In this document: positions 9,805 through 19,022 of the stretch, in pieces
Numbering within the stretch: the first letter of the stretch is position 1
Layout: each line of letters opens with the position of its first letter
Notes under the pieces: model-generated
Databases searched by the model: none
Told to the model about the DNA's origin: nothing
What the model saw: the letters and a program-made list of their open reading frames with translations, nothing else
Origin: Dehalococcoidia bacterium UBA1152
GTDB taxonomy: Bacteria > Chloroflexota > Dehalococcoidia > Lucifugimonadales > UBA2962
Length of the DNA: 64,000 nucleotides
NCBI GenBank assembly: GCA_002311285.1
Contig: DBZU01000074.1
Coordinates: 71,222-135,221, forward strand
Direction of reading: 5' to 3'
Program-made: the position numbers and the translations under genes

Positions 9805-10800
9805 TTAATTATTATCTAAATCTGCAATAGCAGTGACATTCCCAATACTCGATGCCAATCTAACTGATCTTAAAATTGCTTCAGCAACGCACACTGCAGT
9901 AGCGGCAATTAATCGGTCCATATCTGGATTAACGTTGTTACAGCCCGTAGAAAGGCAAAAAAATGTATCACCATCATGTACGGTGTGTGCAGGCCTTACC
10001 GATAAAGCCAATCCATCATGTGCGGCCGCTGACAGTTTTTTTGCTTGTGACTTAGTTAATCCAACATCTGTGCAAATTACCCCAATTGTAGTGTTTTTTT
10101 GCACAGATGTTGGTGGGGCCCAGTTTGTATCCAAAATGCATTCAAGCGGGTTTAGCATTCCAGACAATTTTTTATCTAAAGGCCCCGCTATTAACGCACC
10201 GGTTTTATAATCATATATGCCGCCAATAGCATTGGTTGCTACTATAGCTGCAACTTTAGATCCATCTCCGAGGGACATTCCATATGTTCCTATTCCACCT
10301 TTCAAAGCATGATCGAAGCCCATTAGTTTTGCTACTGTTGCACCCGTGCCGGCACCTACTGTCCCTTCTTGTGGTTTTTTATCTGTTGCGGCTATGCAAG
10401 CCTTGTAACCCGAATCTACGTCAGGTGGCATGTCAAGGCCTATATTTAAATCAAACAAAATGGAACCCGCTACAATAGGTATCTTTGAATTACCGGCTTG
10501 GTGACCAATGTTACGATCTTTTAAGTACTTAACAACGCCATCAGCGGATTGCAGGCCAAACGCGCTGCCTCCACTAAGAACAATGCCATGTATAAAAGGA
10601 ACATTTGCGGTAGGATGAAGTAAATCTGTTTCTCTAGAGCCTGGAGATCCACCACGAACATCTACACTGCCGACTGCACCACTTTCAGTTAGTATAACAG
10701 TGCAGCCCGTAATCAAGTTAAAATCTGTATAGTGACCTATTTTTATTCCAGGAATATCAGTAATCGATAAATTATGATGTTCGTTTCGTAACGATGTCAA
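9805..10800 (-). CDS. DmpA/S58 (P1) family aminopeptidase, Ntn-hydrolase type
   Basis: 331 aa with a GITDIPGIKIGH-like N-terminus, GGSPGSRET, and an internal KNTTIG segment consistent with a self-processing nucleophile site. Confidence 0.72.
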   Translation of the reverse strand: MTSLRNEHHNLSITDIPGIKIGHYTDFNLITGCTVILTESGAVGSVDVRGGSPGSRETDLLHPTANVPFIHGIVLSGGSAFGLQSADGVVKYLKDRNIGHQAGNSKIPIVAGSILFDLNIGLDMPPDVDSGYKACIAATDKKPQEGTVGAGTGATVAKLMGFDHALKGGIGTYGMSLGDGSKVAAIVATNAIGGIYDYKTGALIAGPLDKKLSGMLNPLECILDTNWAPPTSVQKNTTIGVICTDVGLTKSQAKKLSAAAHDGLALSVRPAHTVHDGDTFFCLSTGCNNVNPDMDRLIAATAVCVAEAILRSVRLASSIGNVTAIADLDNN

Positions 10801-10964
10801 TTGTCAATTCATCCTTTTGTATTATTCGTTAAGTGCTAATTAATTTAACAGTTTACTATCTAACTTAGATACATTTTGCGACAAAGGTGAATTACGATCA
10901 CTGATAAAATCACCAAAATGTTACAATTAGCGACCTCTAATGTAATTAAAATAAGGGTTAAATT

Positions 10965-12356
10965 TTGAATGATCAAATTTCAAAATATGATGTTATAGTT
11001 TTAGGTAGTGGGCCTGGAGGTTATGTAGCAGCAATCAGGGCTGGTCAATTGGGAATGAAAGCCGCCGTGATTGAGCGATCTGAGTTAGGTGGAATATGTC
11101 TCAATTGGGGATGTATTCCTAGCAAAGCATTGCTTCGTAATGCTGAAGTCCTGAATCTAATAAATGAAGCGGATAAATTTGGAATTGAAGTGTCTGGAGT
11201 GAAACCAAATTTTTCCAAAGCAATAGAACGAAGCAGAGAAGTTGTCAGTAAATTAACTCAAGGAATAGGCTATCTGCTTAAGAAGAATAAAGTAGATTTG
11301 TTTGAAGGATCAGGGTCATTTATTAATAAAACTACAGTAAGCATTACTTCGAGCCAAGTCAATCTTGAAGCCGATAACATAGTTATAGCAACTGGGGCTC
11401 GACAAAGAAACCTCCCTACACTAACTATAGACGGGAGTTTTGTGATAAATAGTCGACATGCATTGGAGCTCAGTGAATTGCCCCAAAACATTGTAATTAT
11501 TGGAGGAGGAGCTACTGGAGCAGAATTTGCTTATCTCTATCGATCGTATGGCGTGGAAGTGACTATTGTGGAAATGATGGATCGTATTTTACCTCAAGAG
11601 GACCAAGACATCAGTGTTCAATTAACACGTTCTTTTACTAAGTCTGGCATCAAAATCATGACAGGTTCACAGGTTCAACGTATTTCGACTGAAAGTGGGG
11701 TTTCTATATCAGTTAAAGGTCAATCGAAAGAAATGGATATTGAGTGTGAAAAGGTTTTAGTTGCGGTTGGAGTACAACCAAACTCTGATCAGATGGGAGT
11801 AGAAAATACAGAAGTCGTGATGGAAAATGGATTTATAACTATTGATGACCAGATGAAGACCAACGTTAATGGCATTTATGCTGTTGGCGATGTAACAGGC
11901 AAATTATTGCTAGCACATGTAGCATCAGAACAGGCTATCGTTGCTATAGAAAACATAGCTGGTTTGTCACGCGCTGGAATAGATTATTCTTTGATGCCAC
12001 GTGCTGTTTACTGTAGGCCACAGGTAGCCAGCTTTGGATTAACTGAAGCACAGGCCAGGGACTCTGGTAGAGAAATAAAAATAGGCAAATTCCCATTGTC
12101 TGCTTCTGGTAAAGCATTGGCATTATCAGAAACTGAAGGTTTTATTAAAATTGTTTCAGACGCGGAAATTGGTGATATCTTGGGAGTACATATGATCGGA
12201 GCTGAGGTAACTGAATTATTGGGCGAAGCAGGCATGACTAAAATGCTCGAGGGAACCACAAGTGAACTGGGTTCATTGGTTCATCCTCATCCAACAATTT
12301 CAGAATGTCTTAAAGAAGCCGGATTGGCTACTGAAAACTTAGCAATTCATATGTAA
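10965..12356 (+). CDS. lpdA: Dihydrolipoyl dehydrogenase (E3)
   Basis: 463 aa with the GSGPGGY FAD fold, the redox disulfide CLNWGCIPSK and the C-terminal HPHPT motif. TTG start preceded by AAGGG at 7 nt. Confidence 0.9.
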   Translation: MNDQISKYDVIVLGSGPGGYVAAIRAGQLGMKAAVIERSELGGICLNWGCIPSKALLRNAEVLNLINEADKFGIEVSGVKPNFSKAIERSREVVSKLTQGIGYLLKKNKVDLFEGSGSFINKTTVSITSSQVNLEADNIVIATGARQRNLPTLTIDGSFVINSRHALELSELPQNIVIIGGGATGAEFAYLYRSYGVEVTIVEMMDRILPQEDQDISVQLTRSFTKSGIKIMTGSQVQRISTESGVSISVKGQSKEMDIECEKVLVAVGVQPNSDQMGVENTEVVMENGFITIDDQMKTNVNGIYAVGDVTGKLLLAHVASEQAIVAIENIAGLSRAGIDYSLMPRAVYCRPQVASFGLTEAQARDSGREIKIGKFPLSASGKALALSETEGFIKIVSDAEIGDILGVHMIGAEVTELLGEAGMTKMLEGTTSELGSLVHPHPTISECLKEAGLATENLAIHM

Positions 12357-12428
12357 ACTAAACATAATCAAGTATTGCTCAGTTAATAATAGTACTTAAA
12401 TGAATTAAAGTTTGGGAGCTAGCTTAAA

Positions 12429-13397
12429 TTGCCTGTAACTTTAGATAAACAAAACGCTTTAGACATATACGAGTTAATGTGTCTTATCAGAGCTTTTGAA
12501 GAAGAATGTGCTTCACAATATATGCGTGGCACAATTCGAGGTTTTTTGCATTTGTATATAGGCCAGGAAGGTGTGGCGGCTGGAGCTATTTCTGCTTTGC
12601 AGGATGATGATTATGTTATTACCCATTATCGTGATCATGGACATGCAATAGCCAGAAAACTGGACATCAATGCAATAATGGCAGAATTAATGGGTAAATC
12701 TACTGGTGTAAGTGGAGGTAGGGGAGGATCCATGCATTTATTTGATGTATCCAAGGGGTTCATGGGTGGGTACGCTATAGTAGGCGGCCAGTTACCTATA
12801 GCGGTTGGTTTAGCTATCGCTATTGATTATTGTGATGAAAAGAAAGTAACTATGTGTTTTCTTGGCGATGGAGCGGTCAATGAAGGGTACTTTCATGAAT
12901 CACTTAATTTAGCTTCTTTGTGGAAATTGCCTATTGTTTTTATATTAGAGAACAACTTGTATGGCATGGGCAGTCATATTGATAAGACTCATGCAACAGG
13001 ACATAATCTTTATTTGGCCGCTGATGAATATAATATCCCGGCGGCCCAGATAGATGGCATGGATGTAGTGTCAGTTTTAGAAACTGTTGAATCTGCTGTT
13101 GACAGAACACGTTCAGGTGCTGGGCCAATTTTAATTGAAGCAAAAACATATCGGTTTTCGGGTCATTCCATGTCGGATCCAGGCAATTATCGAAATGTAA
13201 CTGAAATCAACGAATGGAAGCAAAAAGATCCGATAGCACAGTTTCTTAATTATGCGTTGAGCCAAAATATCTTTGGACCTAACGATATTGCCTCTATAGA
13301 TGAGAGTGTAAAACAAGCCATTCAAGATGCCGTCGAATTTGCTCAACAAAGTGAAGAGCCAGAAATTGAATCGTTGTATAGGAATATATATGGTTGA
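12429..13397 (+). CDS. pdhA: Pyruvate dehydrogenase E1 alpha subunit
   Basis: 322 aa with the GDGAVNEG TPP motif and the YRFSGHSMSDPGNYR motif typical of PDH-type E1 alpha. Confidence 0.88.
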   Translation: MPVTLDKQNALDIYELMCLIRAFEEECASQYMRGTIRGFLHLYIGQEGVAAGAISALQDDDYVITHYRDHGHAIARKLDINAIMAELMGKSTGVSGGRGGSMHLFDVSKGFMGGYAIVGGQLPIAVGLAIAIDYCDEKKVTMCFLGDGAVNEGYFHESLNLASLWKLPIVFILENNLYGMGSHIDKTHATGHNLYLAADEYNIPAAQIDGMDVVSVLETVESAVDRTRSGAGPILIEAKTYRFSGHSMSDPGNYRNVTEINEWKQKDPIAQFLNYALSQNIFGPNDIASIDESVKQAIQDAVEFAQQSEEPEIESLYRNIYG

Positions 13398-14367
13398 ATT
13401 AAGGTTGAGAGAGGCTATCTCCAAAGGTCTGCGAGAAGCATTAGACAATGATGAAAAATGCCTGCTTATGGGTGAAGATATAGGTGAATATGGCGGTGCC
13501 TACGCCGTTACAAAAGGTTTTTTGGATCAGTATGGCGAAAAACGAATACGAGACATGCCAATCGCAGAATCAATAATTGCTGGAGCTGCCATTGGATCTG
13601 CTATGGGAGGCCTCAAACCAATAGTAGAAATAATGACCATAAATTTTACTTTACTTGCTATGGATCAAATTGTTAATCATGCGGCAAAAATCCGTTACAT
13701 GTCGAATGGACAGATCAGCGCGCCTATAATCCTTAGGACAGTTACTGGAGGAGGAGGAGGTCTCGCAGCAACTCATTCTCAAAACTTTGAAGGATGGTAT
13801 GCTAGTGTTCCGGGTCTTATAGTAGTTACTCCATCAAATCCGTATGATGCGCTTGGTTTAATGCGTTCGTGTATCGAAATAAATGACCCCGTCATATATG
13901 TGGAACATTGTTTACTCTACTCGATGAGAGGAGATGTACCCGAAGAATATTATAAGGTGCCTATAGGCCAGGCGTCTGTTATTAGAGAAGGCACCGATGT
14001 TACTGTAGTGACTTATTCTGGAATGGTGAATGTCTGTTTAGAAGCGGCAGATATACTTGCTAGCCAAAACATAAATGTCGAAGTTATAGATTTAAGGTCT
14101 CTACGGCCACTCGATATAGATACTCCTACAAGTTCTGTCGCTAAAACAGGCCGAGCAGTGGTGGTAGAAGAAAATTGGAAAACCGGAGGATTTGGCGCAG
14201 AAATTAGCACTAGCCTGCATGAAAAAGCATTTGATTATTTGGAATCTCCTATAATTCGAATTTGCGGAGAAGAAGTTCCAATGCCGTACACTCGTAAACT
14301 CGAGTCAGTAACGATTCCCAACTCAAGCCGAATAGTCAACGAGATCAAGTTAATGCTAAGGGCATGA
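13390..14367 (+). CDS. pdhB: Pyruvate dehydrogenase E1 beta subunit
   Basis: The conserved N-terminus (MVELRLREAI..) begins at the ATG at 13390, which overlaps the pdhA stop by 8 nt. The track ORF start at 13327 is an in-frame upstream extension lying inside pdhA. Confidence 0.88.
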   Translation: MVELRLREAISKGLREALDNDEKCLLMGEDIGEYGGAYAVTKGFLDQYGEKRIRDMPIAESIIAGAAIGSAMGGLKPIVEIMTINFTLLAMDQIVNHAAKIRYMSNGQISAPIILRTVTGGGGGLAATHSQNFEGWYASVPGLIVVTPSNPYDALGLMRSCIEINDPVIYVEHCLLYSMRGDVPEEYYKVPIGQASVIREGTDVTVVTYSGMVNVCLEAADILASQNINVEVIDLRSLRPLDIDTPTSSVAKTGRAVVVEENWKTGGFGAEISTSLHEKAFDYLESPIIRICGEEVPMPYTRKLESVTIPNSSRIVNEIKLMLRA

Positions 14368-14395
14368 TTATTAATGTTAAATGGAGTTTATTCTT

Positions 14396-15643
14396 ATGTC
14401 TGATGAATTAAAGATGCCTCAAATGGGATATGACATGAAGGAAGGCACTATTGTTCGATGGTTAATTGAAACTGGAAGCCGTGTCAACAAGAATCAAGTT
14501 ATCGCGGAAATTGAAACAGATAAAGCAGTAGTAGAATTCCAAACGTATCTTGACGGCTTTATTACAGAAATTTTAGTTCAAGAAGGATCTACTGTTGCTG
14601 TAGGTGAAGCTATAGCTTTAGTTGGCCAAGAAGATGAAATTATCGAAGCTAAGCCAAAAAACCTTGATGAAGCCCAAGTTGAAGAGGAGACAGATAACCC
14701 CGAAAAAACTGACCCTCCCGTAGTGACGATTCCTACAGCGCCTAGTAAAACCGAAAGTATTACGATGTCTGTAAAAGCATCACCGGTTGCAAGGAAACTT
14801 GCCATTGAAAAAGGATTTGACCTCACTAAAATTGTGGGTACTGGGCCAGCGGGTCGTGTTACGCGTGAGGATGTTGAATCCTATTCACCTCCTGATTCAA
14901 GCACATTAGACGTTGCTGAAATTGATGAACAGGTGAACGAATCTGTCTCATTAGAGACATCAGTCGGTGAAGGTTTGACAAGAATGCGTCAACAAATAGC
15001 TCGCGTTACTGTTAAAAGTAAAACTGAGATACCGCATTTTTATATATCTGTGGATATTGACATGACTAAAGCGATGGAAATGCGTAAACAAATTAACCAG
15101 AGTGAAGAGTATGAAGGATTAGATGTTTCAATTAATGATTTAATTTTAAAAGCATGTGTCGTTCCTTTAATAAAATACCCTAAATTCAACTCATCGTTTT
15201 CAGAAAATGGGATAGTCTCCCATTCAAAGATTAATATAGGAATTGCGATTTCCCAGGAAGCGGGATTAATTGTTCCGGCCATTATGGACATGGGATCAAA
15301 ATCGCTAAAAGAAATTTGTCTTGGCAGTAAGGATTTAGCTAAAAGATCTAATGAAGGATCAATAACAACAGATGAGTACGCACGGGGTACTTTTGCTGTA
15401 AGTAATCTTGGAATGTTTAATGTTAAATCTTTCGTAGGGATAATTTATCCCCCACAAGCTGCAATGCTTGCGGTTGGAAGCGTTACTAAAAAGCCTATTG
15501 TTTTTCAGGATGATGTAATAGTAGCAGATATCATGACTGCAACAATTTCAGGTGATCATCGAATAGTTGATGGAGCAGAAGGAGCATTGTTCGTTAACGA
15601 AATCAAAACAATATTAGAGAATCCGTACCAATTACTGATCTAG
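14396..15643 (+). CDS. pdhC: Dihydrolipoamide acetyltransferase (E2)
   Basis: Lipoyl domain (IETDKAVVEF), a peripheral-subunit-binding domain (SPVARKLA) and the catalytic DHRIVDGAEGA motif. The ATG at 14396 has a GGAG 9 nt upstream; the ATG at 14381 is an alternative start. Confidence 0.88.
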   Translation: MSDELKMPQMGYDMKEGTIVRWLIETGSRVNKNQVIAEIETDKAVVEFQTYLDGFITEILVQEGSTVAVGEAIALVGQEDEIIEAKPKNLDEAQVEEETDNPEKTDPPVVTIPTAPSKTESITMSVKASPVARKLAIEKGFDLTKIVGTGPAGRVTREDVESYSPPDSSTLDVAEIDEQVNESVSLETSVGEGLTRMRQQIARVTVKSKTEIPHFYISVDIDMTKAMEMRKQINQSEEYEGLDVSINDLILKACVVPLIKYPKFNSSFSENGIVSHSKINIGIAISQEAGLIVPAIMDMGSKSLKEICLGSKDLAKRSNEGSITTDEYARGTFAVSNLGMFNVKSFVGIIYPPQAAMLAVGSVTKKPIVFQDDVIVADIMTATISGDHRIVDGAEGALFVNEIKTILENPYQLLI

Positions 15644-15646
15644 AAA

Positions 15647-16462
15647 ATGAATAAAGAAAAAACAGATATGCTTAAAGGTCCAAAAATATACCTTACTACA
15701 CGTACGTCCGTGGATTGGGATCAAGTAGCAGAATTTTTATCTGATCAGGGCGTTCCGCCGATACCAGACAGTATTCGAGCCGGATCTGATGAATCTGCTG
15801 CTGTCGTAGAAATATCTGCACGGCTATGTTATATGAGCTATGGTCGAGGGAGAAAAGATATATCAGATTTCATCAACAATCTTTTGTCTTTTAAAGATGG
15901 GAGCGTTTTTGAACATGTCAATTATGGGTTCGTCGTAACGGGTGTATCACGCAGCTTAACGCATGAATTAGTTAGGCATCGAGCAGGTTTTGCGTATAGT
16001 CAGCGCTCACAGCGTTACGTTGACGAGTCTGGAGCTTCATTTGTAATTCCTCCAGCTTTAATGAGCGACGCTGTCAGTAGCGATCACGTTAGGGAAGTGT
16101 TTGATCAGGCTATGAAAGACGCAGCAGCAAGCTACGACCAGCTTGTCAATGCTTTAGAGGAATCGCTAGACGAGAATGTTTTTGAAAAAAAGACTGATCG
16201 AAGAAAGGCAATACGTCAAGCTGCACGCTCTGTTTTGCCAAATGCTACTGAAACCAAGATATTTATTACAGCAAATGTCAGAGCCTGGAGACATTTCATA
16301 GAGATGCGGTCTGCCCCTTATGCAGATTGGGAAATTAGACGTATGGCTATAAAAATATTAAGTTTATTGATTGATGAAGCTCCTCTATTGTTCGGTGATT
16401 TTACAATCGAACAATTGCCAGATGGAACATCAATAGCAACACCCTTGCATTCCAAAGTATAA
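15647..16462 (+). CDS. thyX: FAD-dependent thymidylate synthase
   Basis: 271 aa with the ThyX signature RHRAGFAYSQRSQRY. Starts 3 nt after the E2 stop. Confidence 0.9.
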   Translation: MNKEKTDMLKGPKIYLTTRTSVDWDQVAEFLSDQGVPPIPDSIRAGSDESAAVVEISARLCYMSYGRGRKDISDFINNLLSFKDGSVFEHVNYGFVVTGVSRSLTHELVRHRAGFAYSQRSQRYVDESGASFVIPPALMSDAVSSDHVREVFDQAMKDAAASYDQLVNALEESLDENVFEKKTDRRKAIRQAARSVLPNATETKIFITANVRAWRHFIEMRSAPYADWEIRRMAIKILSLLIDEAPLLFGDFTIEQLPDGTSIATPLHSKV

Positions 16463-16502
16463 ATTGAGTATTTATTTATCTGAAGATAATTTATAAAAAC
16501 AA

Positions 16503-18023
16503 TTATGTATCAGACACTCTTTCTGCTTCCAGGTGTTTTTTGTGGTTCCATGCCATAAACATTGTAGGTAAAAGCGCAATTGCTGCAGCCAAAAGGGCTA
16601 TTACAAAAAATTCAGTAAACAAGTTCATTCCTATGTCGATTACTTCTCCAGAATATGCCTGTATATTTTCCAATGTTACTTCTCTTGATTCACCCTCAGC
16701 CGGCACTGGTAAATGTAAACCAGAAACCAAGGAAAAAAATCTTTGAGAACCCCAAGACGTTATTGCTGCTAGTCCCAAAGTCATTCCAACTAAACGCATA
16801 GCTGTTACTAGTCCAGCAGCAGTGCCTCTTTCTCCAGGGCCTACTGGTTCTGTAGCAGCAAGTGCTATAGGTGATATTAACAATCCAAATCCTAGTCCTG
16901 TAGCGGCTAAAGAAATCGACATTGAAGGATCCCCAATTGCTAATGTCCAACCCGACATTTGTATGTAACCCCAAATTGTTAAAGCTAAACCAATAGCAGT
17001 TGGAATTCTGAAATCCATTCGTTGGCAGGCAATCCCACCAATTACAGCTCCAACAGGCATAGCGATGGTCATTCGCATCAATCGTAATCCGCCCTCTAAA
17101 GGTTCCTTTTCCATAACAGTTGTGGTCATAAATGGTATTGTGACCATGCCAATTATTAGAGCACCTCCTACTAGTAGATGAGTTATGTTTGCTGAAATAA
17201 TAGTTGGACTAGCAAACATTGAATTGGGGAACAGAGGATTACTTGCCATTCGTTGTCTCAATATAAACCCACATAGAAATATAGCCGTAACGATAAATAA
17301 TAGAATTAGCCAAATGTCAGGCCGATCTATACGGGATAAGGCTAATGTAAGAGCGGATAAAGCAAGGGCTATTAATACGCCTCCAACGTAATCCACGGGT
17401 GACCTAAATCTAGGACTAGGCTTCAGTAATAAATATAGAGGGATGATGGTCAAAACACCTAATGGGATATTCATCCAGAAAACCCAAGGCCAGGTAAGAT
17501 ATTTTGCTACTAAACCACCCCATAATGGCCCAATCACACCGCCTGCTTCAGCCGCTCCAATAATAAGGCCTATAGCAAGCCCTCGTTTTCCCGCTGGGAA
17601 AAGGTCACCAACTATTGCAATCCCCACTGGAAGCATAGCTCCAGCTGCCATTGCCTGAAAAACCCTGATTGCTATTAACCACTCCATGCTCGGTGCTAAA
17701 GCAGCAAAAACTGAAAAAATCATAAAAGCTACCATTGCCGCCGCAAATATTTTCCGATGACCTAAAGAGTCGGACATGCGACCTATCAGTGGCATTGCTG
17801 CAACGTAACCAAGAAGATATGCAGTTATAGTCCAAGATGCTGTATCGAGCTTGGTAATAGGTACTCGGAAATCAATCATAACTTGGGTCAATACTGTGAC
17901 CATCACAGTCATGTCATCGGCAGCCACAAACACTCCAAATGCGACAGGTATTAGAGCAATATATGGCGATATGTGGTGCGGCTTTTGTTTACTTGGCTTG
18001 GTACTAGCATTTCCCATGATCAA
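16503..18023 (-). CDS. MFS transporter, 14-TM DHA2-like (P55/Rv1410c-like context)
   Basis: 506 aa with about 14 hydrophobic spans and the MFS loop motif GRMSDSLGHRK. Starts 10 nt after the LprG-like gene. Confidence 0.85.
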   Translation of the reverse strand: MIMGNASTKPSKQKPHHISPYIALIPVAFGVFVAADDMTVMVTVLTQVMIDFRVPITKLDTASWTITAYLLGYVAAMPLIGRMSDSLGHRKIFAAAMVAFMIFSVFAALAPSMEWLIAIRVFQAMAAGAMLPVGIAIVGDLFPAGKRGLAIGLIIGAAEAGGVIGPLWGGLVAKYLTWPWVFWMNIPLGVLTIIPLYLLLKPSPRFRSPVDYVGGVLIALALSALTLALSRIDRPDIWLILLFIVTAIFLCGFILRQRMASNPLFPNSMFASPTIISANITHLLVGGALIIGMVTIPFMTTTVMEKEPLEGGLRLMRMTIAMPVGAVIGGIACQRMDFRIPTAIGLALTIWGYIQMSGWTLAIGDPSMSISLAATGLGFGLLISPIALAATEPVGPGERGTAAGLVTAMRLVGMTLGLAAITSWGSQRFFSLVSGLHLPVPAEGESREVTLENIQAYSGEVIDIGMNLFTEFFVIALLAAAIALLPTMFMAWNHKKHLEAERVSDT

Positions 18024-18033
18024 AACGTTAAAG

Positions 18034-18768
18034 CTACGGAGAATCAGTAATTTTCGGAACTTCTATTTCTACTGGCACATCGAATTTTGACATTGTTACC
18101 AATCTTATTGTGCCATCAATGTCCGTCATCTTTGCCTTGCCGATAAATTTTATTACGGTTAAATGGAACGTTTCCTTATTTATAGTAGCCTCGACTGCTA
18201 CCGTTCCGTCTTCGAGAGTCTCACCAAGCAGTTTGTCTAAAAGTATTGATTGAAGACTGCCGCTTATTTGATAATTCGGTGAATCTAATGAGGGATCTAC
18301 CATGAATTGTGGTTCAGTCATTTTTTCTAGTAGCGATGCCATTCCTTCATCGGTATTAAAAAATCCTCCCAAATTCACTGTGGGTTCGATTTGTTCCCAA
18401 ACTCCAGTCAATGGATTGGTAAGATAGTTGTCCTTTCCAATTGCTACCAACATAGACCGGACTGGAAAAGCACCAAACATTCCTATAAATTCAGCTCTAA
18501 GCAAATCAGGTGGCTGTACATCGCCAGATGTTTCCTCCACGTCCAGCCCCGGTAGGAATTCTGTAACGCCAACTTCATGTGTCATACTAAAATGGAAAGA
18601 TTTTAATGTTTCCATAACGTGGCCCGATTTACTGATAACCTCCGCTTCCGTAAGGACAACAGTCTCAGTTTCTGAAGTAGTTTTAGATGAGTCTGATTGT
18701 GAACATGCAAAAGTAAGAATTACTGCACAAATTATTAGAATAGATATAGATTTCATTTTTTTAGACAA
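18034..18768 (-). CDS. LppX/LprAFG-family lipoprotein (LprG-like)
   Basis: 244 aa with a signal peptide and lipobox (LTFAC). The length and the pattern of the mature domain resemble LprG-type lipid-binding lipoproteins. Confidence 0.65.
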   Translation of the reverse strand: MSKKMKSISILIICAVILTFACSQSDSSKTTSETETVVLTEAEVISKSGHVMETLKSFHFSMTHEVGVTEFLPGLDVEETSGDVQPPDLLRAEFIGMFGAFPVRSMLVAIGKDNYLTNPLTGVWEQIEPTVNLGGFFNTDEGMASLLEKMTEPQFMVDPSLDSPNYQISGSLQSILLDKLLGETLEDGTVAVEATINKETFHLTVIKFIGKAKMTDIDGTIRLVTMSKFDVPVEIEVPKITDSP

Positions 18769-18809
18769 CCCTAGTGTGTTTTTAATATATAGTCCACTTT
18801 ATTTTTACC

Positions 18810-18932
18810 TTATGGATCTGAGCAGTCTCTGATATAACCACAATTTAAACATCGTAATCTACAGTGGACACCTATTAGTTCAGAACCACAAACATCGCAT
18901 ATTTTAGCAAGTAAACCATTCTTAGTGCACAT
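18810..18932 (-). CDS. Candidate 40-aa Cys-rich zinc-ribbon-like small protein (below the track's length cutoff)
   Basis: Hand translation gives MCTKNGLLAKICDVCGSELIGVHCRLRCLNCGYIRDCSDP. It has seven Cys, including CDVC and CLNC pairs 13 residues apart. It lies between a terminator hairpin and the LprG-like gene. No clear Shine-Dalgarno sequence. Confidence 0.3.
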   Translation of the reverse strand: MCTKNGLLAKICDVCGSELIGVHCRLRCLNCGYIRDCSDP

Positions 18933-18944
18933 AGCTGTAATAAT

Positions 18945-18974
18945 AAAGGCTCCGCCAAATTTGGCGGAGCCTTT
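18945..18974 (-). terminator. Rho-independent terminator-like hairpin downstream of the LPXTG protein gene
   Basis: Perfect palindrome aaaggctccgcc-aaattt-ggcggagccttt with a GC-rich 12-bp stem, about 50 nt after the stop of the 19023..20168 gene. The flanks are A/T-rich on both strands, so it could act bidirectionally. Confidence 0.6.
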
Positions 18975-19022
18975 ATAACTATTCACTATAATTATTTATA
19001 ACTTGATTTAATTTAGGTTAGT

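Noticed and set aside
10941-10968. Possible operator-like partial palindrome and a 16-aa upstream mini-ORF (MLQLATSNVIKIRVKF) ahead of lpdA
   Set aside because: The palindrome is imperfect (ttacaattag / ctaatgtaa). The mini-ORF has no Shine-Dalgarno sequence. Neither can be distinguished from chance in AT-rich sequence.
13327-13389. Upstream extension of the E1 beta ORF (track start 13327)
   Set aside because: The extension overlaps the last 70 nt of pdhA and encodes non-conserved residues. The conserved N-terminus begins at the ATG at 13390, which overlaps the pdhA stop.
18428-18832. 134-aa plus-strand ORF overlapping the LprG-like gene
   Set aside because: It is antisense to a gene with a clear signal peptide and lipobox. 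It has no motifs and a Ser/Thr/Pro-rich shadow-ORF composition.
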